A DNA stretch of 63,130 nt, the filler included, from Octopus bimaculoides (taxonomy: Eukaryota): the NCBI RefSeq assembly GCF_001194135.2. It is 6 parts of 6 records of this genome, joined end to end, with 100 filler letters (N's around TTAATTAATTAA, not from the genome) between each part and the next. Parts side by side here need not be neighbours in the genome. Positions count along the whole stretch, not along the records: positions 52,937 to 59,001 come from NC_069004.1; positions 59,102 to 63,130 come from NC_069001.1; 4 more parts are not named here. The stretch is one strand, 5' to 3'. This document shows, in pieces, positions 52,837 to 63,130 of the stretch. The stretch's first letter is position 1. The number at the start of each line of letters is the position of its first letter. Below the pieces are notes generated by a model, which made no database searches, had not been told where the DNA came from, and saw only the letters and a program-made list of their open reading frames with translations. The position numbers were made by a program, and so were the translations under genes.

Positions 52837-52936
52837 NNNNNNNNNNNNNNNNNNNNNNNNNNNNNNNNNNNNNNNNNNNNTTAATTAATTAANNNNNNNN
52901 NNNNNNNNNNNNNNNNNNNNNNNNNNNNNNNNNNNN
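52837..52936. other. Artificial scaffold-join spacer
   Basis: 44 N + TTAATTAATTAA + 44 N. Confidence 0.95.
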
Positions 52937-53020
52937 GAGCAACGTGAATTGAACTCAACCTCACGATCGTAAGCTCGACGCTCTAACCACTGATCCACGC
53001 GCCTTCGCGAAATACATGGG

Positions 53021-53344
53021 TCTCTCTCGACTCCGTCGGTCACGAACGACCATGAGTGCACTTAAGAAGTTCTCCTCCGGGGTACAAGTCTGGGTGGAAA
53101 GTCACCTCACCGGCGAACGCACAACCTAGGGTTGTTTTTATGGAAGCCCAACAGTCACCCATGCATACCAGCCTCTCCTCTCCACGCCACCGATTGTTAT
53201 CCAAGGGAAAGGCAAAGGCCGACACAGCTTATCTCCAGTGACGTCACAACTCATTTCTACAGCTGAGTGAACTGGAGCAACGTGAATTGAACTCAACCTC
53301 ACGATCGTAAGCTCGACGCTCTAACCACTGATCCACGCGCCTTC
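53021..53344 (-). mobile_element. Family A-type SINE with 14-bp TSD and a second identical head to its left
   Basis: GCGAAATACATGGG at 53007-53020 and 53345-53358; 52937-53020 is identical to 53275-53358. Confidence 0.85.
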
Positions 53345-53374
53345 GCGAAATACATGGGTACTCCAGCATAAAGT

Positions 53375-53800
53375 AATATTTTTGCAAAGTCATCATTATA
53401 TCCTCATTATTTCTGAGCAATATTCTCTGTTGATCTGGGAGATAAATTTGCAGTTTCACTATTTCAGGTGCTCTTTCATGAATTGAAAATCCTAAAATGG
53501 ATGCAACTGCTTCGGATGGTCCAATATGGTCCATTGGATATTGACTAATTTCGTTATCATTGTTTATTTGAACAGCAGCTTGGTCAATTCTTTTCAGCGT
53601 GTACTTGATGACGTGATTAATTGACTTCACTGAGGTGCCACTTGCAGTGGCATTTGAATGCTCTTAAAAGAGTTTCATTATAAGGTACAACCTATTTATT
53701 GTTTGTTTTTCCATTCTTATGAGATTCAACTCCTCCCATTGCAACTGATCTTTGTCTATAAAGAGATAGTTTCTCTCTGTCTGCTTTTCTGCCTTTTGAT
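53375..53800 (-). pseudogene. Helitron Rep/helicase fragment
   Basis: LSLYRQR...TNNK*VVPYNETLLRAFKCH, then (frameshift) VKSINHVIKY...NEISQY...IGPSEAVASILGFSIHERAPEIVKLQIYLPDQQ. This matches the Helitron motifs YPLYRRR / DNRWVVPYN / SEAxWRIxGFPIHER. Confidence 0.85.
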
Positions 53801-54549
53801 TAAGATGGTAGAGAGTAGTATTTTATTTTAGATAAAATAGTAATTTTCCTTTTCAGGGGAAAAAAATCAAGTACCTGTGACTCATAAAAATATAGGGAGA
53901 ATTTCTATCTTTCAATTCACGGCACTCGTAAAGTTGTATAAATAATTAAGGGAAGAAGAAAGTAGTAAGAAAGGATGGATGGCGGTTGCTGCGAGGTCGT
54001 TTGAAGTGTCATTTTGAACTTNNNNNNNNNNNNNNNNNNNNNNNNNNNNNNNNNNNNNNNNNNNNNNNNNNNNNNNNNNNNNNNNNNNNNNNNNNNNNNN
54101 NNNNNNNNNNNNNNNNNNNNNNNNNNNNNNNNNNNNNNNNNNNNNNNNNNNNNNNNNNNNNNNNNNNNNNNNNNNNNNNNNNNNNNNNNNNNNNNNNNNN
54201 NNNNNNNNNNNNNNNNNNNNNNNNNNNNNNNNNNNNNNNNNNNNNNNNNNNNNNNNNNNNNNNNNNNNNNNNNNNNNNNNNNNNNNNNNNNNNNNNNNNN
54301 NNNNNNNNNNNNNNNNNNNNNNNNNNNNNNNNNNNNNNNNNNNNNNNNNNNNNNNNNNNNNNNNNNNNNNNNNNNNNNNNNNNNNNNNNNNNNNNNNNNN
54401 GTTGAGATTTTTGAAAATTTTTTTTCAGAATCGGACTCTCCATAGCCTAAAACGTGGAATTCCGTAAAAAAACAAAATTGAAGTAGGGGGGGGGGGTCCG
54501 TTTATATATCCTCCATCTGGACCACAAACTGAGTTTTAGTATATATGTG

Positions 54550-55848
54550 TGGCGTTATTGATGGGCTCTTAAGACTCAGCACAGATTACGGATTTAGCGG
54601 GCCTGTATCTCTTCGCCAAAATAAAAAGTAGCTTCCCTAATCTCTCTGGTGGTTTATATAGGGACGATGCCTTATTTATTGCACGCGATCTGTCAAATCC
54701 CGCCGCTGAAAGGGTAAAAAAGAATTTAAGGAAATTTTGTAAATATTTCTCTAATCTTGATATCATTTTCGATATCAAATCCAAAGTGGCAAATTTCGTC
54801 GATGTAACGTCTGACTTGAACTTTACTGAGTTTTACTATCCATACCGAAAGTCAAATCAAACTCTCAAGTATATTAACATTTCCTCTAATCACATTGTAG
54901 TTGCAATCTCTATTAGGATGTCAAATTTATCCGCTAACGAGGAAATCTTCAATCAAAACACTCCTGTATATGATAATGCCTTGAAATTAAGCGGGTTTAG
55001 TAAAAGTATCTAAATTAAAACTTAAAAATTAAATTAAAAAGAAAGATCACAAATATTGATCCCAATAATAGCATAGGTATAAGCGAACTATGTCAATTAA
55101 ATGGTACTAGCACAAGTCAACCGCATATTAAATGCTTTAGGCCGAGAAATCAAAGGTATTATAATAATTATAATAATTATACTATTACTCCTGGGACTTC
55201 TAATACAATTAGAAATTCTAAATCCAGAATACGTGATTTTATTTCGTGTGCCCCCCCCCCTTTTCACTATGAGCTAAGAATCTACCTAGATTGCTTTTTA
55301 AAATTCTACAATCTAACTTTCCAAAGCATCACAAATGTTACGCCATTTGTAATAAATCCGCTGTAAAATTCTCGTATTCGGCAACGCCTAACTTAGGAAC
55401 AATAATAGCTTCTATAAATAGGGGTAAAATTAAACGTATGAAGAATAAGAACAATAATAGGGTAACCAATAATAATAATTTAGGGGAAGTACTATGCACT
55501 AATGAAATTAAGGGTTTAGCTAAAAATAAGGACAATAGTACAACTATTAATATGTTTTAGAACTAGCACTACGTACTAACAGAAATAAGGGTGAAGCTAA
55601 GGTATCGACCCCAAATACTAATGTAACAAATAATGATAATCAAACTTTAATGAATTTAAAATCAGGTACCATATCCCAATCTACAGATATTAATAATGCT
55701 GGCAATATAAATAAGAACATTAATGGTAGTGCGCCACTGAATAAAATATGTAACTTCAGAGTCTCCAAAACTTGTCCGCTTGCAGGATCATGTCTTCGAT
55801 ACAATGTTGTGTATAGATGTATAGTCAGCGTACCCAATAGACAAAACA

Positions 55849-55881
<33 letters not shown>

Positions 55882-56310
55882 NNNNNNNNNNNNNNNNNNN
55901 NNNNNNNNNNNNNNNNNNNNNNNNNNNNNNNNNNNNNNNNNNNNNNNNNNNNNNNNNNNNNNNNNNNNNNNNNNNNNNNNNNNNATATATAGGAAGTATG
56001 ATAAATTTCAAAAGGAGATATAGGGCCCATCTGAAATCCTTTTCAAACCCTTAGTATAAGAATTATACTACCTTAGCGGTCTATATAAATAAACTTAGGT
56101 ATAGTAACTTGCTTTATGACCTCTCATGGTCCATGTGATAATGGTTCTGATAGGTGTACATTGTGTGTAATGGAATTGTATCTAATCCTTAAATTATATA
56201 ACGTTAATATGTTAAATAAGTTTTCAGACGCGATCCCCTCATGTAGTTATAAATTTCACTCAACATTTCTAAAAACCTATAAAATTAGATCTACAAGGGA
56301 ATTGAATTAG
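54550..56310 (+). mobile_element. Penelope-like retroelement relic (RT + GIY-YIG), Naiad-type
   Basis: MGS*DSAQITDLAGLYL...GLYRDDAL (YRDD at 54657-54668)...NFVDVT...PYRKSN...SNH...KFSYS.TPN...CNFR...CPLAGSCL..NVVY...YIG...FKRRY..H..SF...CTLC..E...LNK...C; stops and frameshifts. Confidence 0.9.
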
Positions 56311-56459
56311 AATAATGTTAGAGGTATAATTGCGATTCCTCAGAATTTGATTCTTCCGCTCATAGCAAACATGGGATTATTTGCATACGAGCTGTAAAAC
56401 ATTTTATTAGGAATTTTTTATTCTGCTAGATTAATAGTACGATGAAATTTACCAAGGAG

Positions 56460-57006
56460 GACCCTTCATGTTTATATTATAACGGTTAATCGCATTGTTA
56501 ATTCTGTTTTATTTCTGTTTGTTATTAACTGTTGTGTGTCTTACGATACTTGTTTTGCTGCTGCGGCAGCTTTGTTTGTCGGTTTTTCCCTTACTTGAAG
56601 GGGAAACGTCGTCTGAAGTGGAATTGCTGAAGAGCCTAGAAGCAATGGAACGGAAGATGGAAATGTAAAAGATTGTAGGAGGAAGAGATTTTGCAGCTGT
56701 GGCCAGATGGTGCAGCGAATAGCTGAGCACTGAGAGTTGCGATAAAGAAAAATTCAAAGATATGTTACGCAGGGAGAGACAGGATGTCATGGTGTCCCCT
56801 CTCAGTGATGTTATAATGTTATTTAATCGATTCTGAAAAGTTTAAATGAAGTCGCTCGGATGTAGAGTCGAGTGGCTTCGTTCCATTTTTCATTTTCATT
56901 GTATAATTCATCCTTTTTCATTGGGTTTTTTTGTTCCCACTTTTGTGTATGTCTGTCCGTGTATTGTCCCCTCTACGTTTAGCCCTTTGTGGGCAATAAA
57001 GAAATC
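56460..57006 (+). mobile_element. TSD-flanked insertion ending in the family-B type-2 tail
   Basis: Identical 16-mer GAAATTTACCAAGGAG at 56444-56459 and 57007-57022; the insertion ends ...TAGCCCTTTGTGGGCAATAAAGAAATC. Confidence 0.6.
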
Positions 57007-57519
57007 GAAATTTACCAAGGAGAACATCATCCTGTTCAAGGGGACATTGTATATATGGAATATTTAATCTTTAACCATGACCGATAACGTATCCCTGAAA
57101 CAGCCGTAGCTGGAACATCCTCCAGTTTTTGTTTTCTTTAACCTTGATATGCAGGCATAATTTCTATCTCATATTCTACATGTATAAGTGACATTTAGAC
57201 GATTTAGGCGATTTGCCTATATTTATTAACCCCTCATTTGCTTTGCACCTCCTACATTTATCACGCATAACTCCTTACATGTAAATTTTATTTATATGTA
57301 ATTTTATATGTATTTTTATATATTTTTATATTTCTTTAATATTTTTATGTATGTTTGGTTTTATTCTTTATACTCTTGGAGAATCTTCACGCCTGTACAT
57401 GCATGATTGATGTTGACGTCTATGAATATATAATTCAACTACTTTGATTGAATGTTTTCATTTAGACTGTAGCCATTCTAGGGAAATACTGTGAAGAATT
57501 TTAAGTCGAATGACTCGAC

Positions 57520-57826
57520 TTCAGTAATTATTTTTTAAAGCCTGGTACTTTTGCCGAGCTGCTATGTTACGGGGGATGTAAACGCACCAACACTGGTTAT
57601 CAAGCGGTGGTGGAGGAGAAACACATCCACAAAGACACGCACACACACAAGCATATACATATACGACAGGTTTCTTTCAGTTTCCTTCTACCAAATCCAA
57701 TCACAAGAATTTAGGCTGACAGAGGCTATAGTAAAAAGCACTTGCCAAAGGTGTAGCGCAACGGGACTGAACCTGAAACAATGTGGCTGGGAAGCAAGCT
57801 TCTGACTATAGAGTCACACCTGCATT
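57520..57826 (-). mobile_element. SINE family C (partial)
   Basis: Reverse C head and part of the 3' half. Confidence 0.8.
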
Positions 57827-58218
57827 TATTTATATTATATATATGATGATATTAGGGATAAAAATCTAAATTTACAGGGAGAAATTCAATTTACTTTAAT
57901 TTATTAAAATTAAAATTAAATTAGATTTCACAATATACAATATATAAATATATAATTTAGAGAAAAAACCCACAATTATTGAATTCATCCATGAAAATCC
58001 ACAGTCACATATAGAAAAATTTAATAAATAAATACACTAAAAAGACCTATAATAAAAATACAAAGTAATAAATATTAAAATAATAAAACGACTACACGTG
58101 TTTCATAACCACATTTTCAAAAATAAAATAAAAAATAAAATAAAAACCAAATCGATTCAAAATAAATCGATCGAAAATCAATTCTATTCAAAAATATAGC
58201 TAATCTTCGGGTCAAAAT

Positions 58219-58253
<35 letters not shown>

Positions 58254-58268
58254 AACAACAACAACAAC

Positions 58269-58317
<49 letters not shown>

Positions 58318-58950
58318 TGAATGTATATATATCGACTAACAATAAATATCAAATGAATTTATATAAAAATACTTATTTTACCAATAAATAAAAGAAAAAC
58401 ATTTAACAATATTACTGAAAATAAATGCAATGCTTATCTTATCGAAGCTTTAGTTTAAACTAAAATTTTAAACGTTATACTATTAACTTAGCATTTATTA
58501 GAATTAAGTCGCGTGAAAATATGGCGTAAAGAAAAGCAATAGAATAAAGAGATATATAAACATGAATGAAAGTTTTATTTATAAAATCAAAATGTATTTT
58601 AGCTTTAATCATAATAAAAGAATAACTGTATTTCCTGGAAATTTTAAAATCTAAGTAATTTTAGAGTCTAAAGAATTAAGACTAAAATACATAAAATATA
58701 TAATATATATCAAAGAAGCTAAAATACTATAAATTAATATATTTGCATTAAATAAATCAATTAAAATATTTATATTGTTTATTTTATAAAAAATCATGGT
58801 ATCATTTAATTGTTAATATATAATATTCACTAAGAATATTTTCGTACTCATTAATACACAATTAATAATTACATATTATAACTACTACAATGAGTAAAAT
58901 AGGATTTATATACACACACACAAATATATATATGCATATATAATACATAT

Positions 58951-59001
<51 letters not shown>

Positions 59002-59101
59002 NNNNNNNNNNNNNNNNNNNNNNNNNNNNNNNNNNNNNNNNNNNNTTAATTAATTAANNNNNNNNNNNNNNNNNNNNNNNNNNNNNNNNNNNNNNNNNNN
59101 N
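59002..59101. other. Artificial scaffold-join spacer
   Basis: 44 N + TTAATTAATTAA + 44 N. Confidence 0.95.
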
Positions 59102-59111
59102 ATATATACAG

Positions 59112-59146
<35 letters not shown>

Positions 59147-59299
59147 AAAAGGGACAAGTTTTGGGATGCCGATAAAACCTACACTCTCCTCTTCGTTAGC
59201 ATATTATCCTCCATTTTCTAATTGTTACATATATATATATGGTGCACCAGCATGACCGCAGCCACTTGGCTGAAACACATAAATAAATAAATAAAATAA

Positions 59300-59338
<39 letters not shown>

Positions 59339-59568
59339 TAAATATACACACACACACACATATACACTCATACGCGCGCGCGCGCACACACACATATATA
59401 AATGAATGCATGTATTCATACATATATTTATACATCCACGTACATATATATATGTTAATTTACATCAAACTCTTTAATATTTATCAAATCCGATGTGTGT
59501 GGGTGTTTACGTATATGTATGAGTGTGTGTATATATATAGATATATATATATATATATGGTATACATA

Positions 59569-59659
<91 letters not shown>

Positions 59660-60444
59660 TATACATATGCATATATATATGTAGGTATATGTATATGTAT
59701 ATAAGTTTATATATAAACACATATATATACCTACAAGCAAACATACACACACATACCCATATCAATCGGACAATTCTCCTACTTGTCCATTTTCTATGCG
59801 AATCCTAACAATATATTCACTCTTCAGAATATTTTTTCTTCAGAGAAATTCTCCAAGAATTGTTTTCATATCCTCTTATCAAAACTTCTGATTTCGGCTG
59901 ACGGTCTTTTTGGTTACCATTTAAAACTTATTTTATATTACTTCAAATTTTTTGAAACACATTTTGTTTTCTGTGTATATATATATCTTAATTAATTTTT
60001 TAAAAATTTCTTTTTTAATTTCATGTTTCATTTTTGTTTTTTTCTCTTATAATTACATCAAACGAAGTTTTGCATGGGTAATTTTTTTTCCTTAGCGATA
60101 TATATCAAAGGTTCTTCAGATTTCTTGTCATACATACTACAGAGAGAGAGAGAGAGAGAGATAAAGAAAGAGAGTGAGAGAGAAACAGAGACAGAGAGAG
60201 AAACAGAGACAGAGAGAGACCGACAGACATAGAGGAAAGAAGAGAGGGAGAGGCAGAGATTGCGGGACGAGTGTATATACGCTCACATATATGCATATTA
60301 CATAACTACACATATACACAATATATATATATATATATATATGTATGTATATGGAGAGAGAGAGAGAGAGAGAGAGACGCACACATTCGTGTACATTCCC
60401 ACGTGCACGCAAGCACACATGTATAAGTAATTATATATATAGAT

Positions 60445-60562
60445 AGGTGCAGGCGTGGTTGTGTGGGAAGAAGCTTGCTTCCCAACCACATGGTTCCCGG
60501 TTCAGTCCCACTGCGTGGCACCTTGGGTAAGCGTCTTCTGCTGTAGTCTCGGGCCGACCAAA
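60445..60562 (+). mobile_element. SINE family C 5' half, CpGs intact
   Basis: GCAGGCGTGGTTGTGTGG...GGTTCCCGGTTCAGTCCCACTGCGTGGCACCTTGGG...TCGGGCCGACCAAAG. Confidence 0.85.
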
Positions 60563-60867
60563 GAATGGATATACATCCATATATACACTCATACATACAT
60601 ATATACACTCATACATACATATATACACTCATACATACATACATACACACGTCTTATCTGAACTGTTACACATATATATACACACACAATGAACCAGATA
60701 TACTTACTTCAGTGTTTAAGCACCTCCGCCGACCTCTTTCCTTCTCTCTTAATTCCACCAAACACTGTCTGAGTTTCATTTTCTCTTATCACCGCATGTG
60801 ATACACATGCACTCATAGAGAAACGCGGATAGATTCACACATACACACACATACACTCACAAATACC

Positions 60868-60963
<96 letters not shown>

Positions 60964-61500
60964 CACACACACACTCATACTTGCACAGACACACACACAT
61001 TCTACATGTTCTTACTCCATCTTTTTTATATTTCAATTTAATCACACACTATTTTTCTTGTCTCTGGCTTCATCTTCCAGCATTTTAGTCTGTCTCTCCC
61101 TCTCAATCTCTATCTGTCTGTCTGTCTGTCTTTCTCTCTTTCTAACTCTGTTTTTCTCTCAATCTCTGTCTGTCTGTCTGTCTCTCTCCCTCTTAATCTT
61201 TCTTAATCTCTCTCTCTCTCTCTCTTACTTTCCGTATAACATTTCAAAGTTATGCTGCAAAATAATACAACTTAACAACATCAAGTAATCATGCGCGCGC
61301 GAGCGACCTTTTGTTGTCAATTACGTTGGGCATGTTCCATAGGGTTGCAGATCGATCTTTCTCACAGAAACCTTGTGACCGCTGGGGATTACACCCTCAT
61401 CCGGCAAACAACAATATTACCTAACTATCTATCAATCTGTCAGACTGAATGATTGGCAGACAAACATACAGAAGACAGACAGACAGATAGACAGACAAAC

Positions 61501-61538
<38 letters not shown>

Positions 61539-61886
61539 ATAGGCAGACAGATAGAGAGATAGATAGATAGGCATGTTTTATTATTTGATAGTGAAGTGTT
61601 ATTGCATTGGGAAATTACTAAAAGCCGAAATAGGTTTAACCATTTTACCATTCACAAATGCAATTTCTTTTATTTCAACTCTTAAAACATATTCAAAAAT
61701 TCATCATTTTATCTTCATCTAAACTCTTTAAATCCTAAGATAGTTTCTGCTGTTTCGAATCTATAACGCAACCAATCGAATAGAAGTGTATCGCTAATAC
61801 CTTCGGGAAAAGCATGAACGTCACGTAATCTCATTTACTAGCTTCCATTATAGTAAATTTGAGGCGTTATATATAAGTGTGGTGTA

Positions 61887-62210
61887 GGCGCGTGGCTTAG
61901 TGGTTAGAGTACTTAGCTCACGATCGTAAGATCATGAGTTCGGTTCCTGGCAAAGCGCTGTGTCCTTGAGCAAGACACGTCATTTTACATTGCTTCCAAC
62001 CCGCTCAGTTGGCAAAGAAATGAGTTGTACCTGTATTTCAAAGAGCCATCCTTGTCGCACTCTGTGTCACGCTGAATCTCCCCTGAAAAATACTTTACGG
62101 GTACACGTGTCTGTGGAGTGCTCAGCCACTTGCACGTTAGTTTAACGAGTTGAGTGTTCCGTTAATTGGATCAACTGGAGCACTCGTCGTCGTAACCGAC
62201 GGAGTGTCGG
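61887..62210 (+). mobile_element. SINE family A, full length
   Basis: GGCGCGTGGCTTAGTGGTTAG head, TGTGTCCTTGAGCAAGACAC core, and a tail homologous to 1494-1660 (reverse). Confidence 0.9.
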
Positions 62211-62309
62211 TTATATCTGAGTGTAAGGCAATCGATAGTCTTCAGTTCTCCATTTTTGGTTATTATCTCTACGGATTCCTGCTACCGCCAGAAAATCTCT
62301 CAGAAATAC

Positions 62310-62327
62310 ACCGATGACGTCATCGGT
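62310..62327. promoter_or_regulatory. Perfect 18-bp palindrome containing a consensus CRE (TGACGTCA)
   Basis: ACCGATGACGTCATCGGT lies in non-repeat DNA; function untested. Confidence 0.3.
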
Positions 62328-63095
62328 CTACTGATGTTCTACAACTCCTGCACTTTCACCCTTTTTCTCTTGCTTCCCCCTATCTCTATCTCTCTTATTG
62401 TTCTTACTGTGCCTCATTAATCATCATTGTCTGTGTAATTACAATGGAAAATATCAATAATTCCTTCAGTGATAGCGGGGGTAATTATTGTTGGAAGAAA
62501 AAAAAAATTAAAATAAAAAACAATAAAACTCACATACACAAGTACTCAAACATACAAAAAACTGACATTAACAATGGCCGTGACAATAATATGATTAAGA
62601 CTAATAATATAATTATGTAATATTAATAACAGGCTATTTGATAAATTATTCTTAATGTCTGCCTTTCACCACCAGCTCCTGCCGTGCACGCTGTGAAATA
62701 GCAACGTGGGGTGGTTGGTGATAAACAATTACTTTGGTTTAGCGAAACAAAATAATTAATTCATAAAGAATTATGAATAAAAATAAAAGAAAACTATTTA
62801 AGATTAAAAAAATATATTTAAAAAGATAAATAAAAAAAATAAAGAGAAGGCAAGCCGACAAATGAAATTTCTTCGTTCAAACAAAAGTGAACTTAGGAAA
62901 TTCTGTGACACCTTGAAAGTTTGTCGTTAAGTTTGGCATGGATAATAAATAAAGATTGGTTTGTCGAGCTTAGAAGTTGCAATCTAAAGAGAACTGCAGG
63001 CATTTTTCAATATCGTTTCTGTGCGTCCAGTCTAGCTATTTGCTGCATTGCTATGACAAATAGAAGGGATATGTTTCAGAGGTATTTCCTCTTCG

Positions 63096-63130
<35 letters not shown>

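Noticed and set aside
56625-56660. CTGAAGAG as a hammerhead core near the PLE 3' end
   Set aside because: The matching GAAAC and stems I/III could not be found.
57830-58900. Extremely AT-rich tract suggesting organellar DNA
   Set aside because: No mitochondrial gene or tRNA features recognised; it is low-complexity A-rich sequence with (AAC)n/(AAT)n.

Overview
Eukaryotic, AT-rich, repeat-dominated DNA from a draft animal assembly. The SINE families and very high microsatellite load resemble an octopod cephalopod (recognised from memory, not searched). The window is not one locus: five identical artificial spacers (44 N + TTAATTAATTAA + 44 N) split it into six scaffolds (1-14370, 14471-26383, 26484-40492, 40593-52836, 52937-59001, 59102-63130). 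I found no host protein-coding gene, tRNA, rRNA or CRISPR array that I can support. Nearly all entries in the ORF track are microsatellite or N-run artefacts. The real coding remnants are transposon-derived: an internally deleted mariner keeping only its DNA-binding half (28541-28963), a Penelope-like RT + GIY-YIG relic of Naiad type (~54550-56310), a Helitron Rep fragment (~53375-53800), an RTE-type LINE relic (~43450-44340) and CR1/L2-type LINE fragments (47925-48480, 29590-29790). There are also more than 40 SINE copies from about five families (labelled A-E here) and several foldback/MITE-like elements. The most notable signal is scaffold 40593-52836. It has no gaps, its SINE copies have lost almost all CpGs to TpG/CpA while the same families elsewhere keep them, it alone carries family D, and it holds three unrelated long hairpins. 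This fits a germline-methylated, probably transcribed gene-body (intronic) domain.
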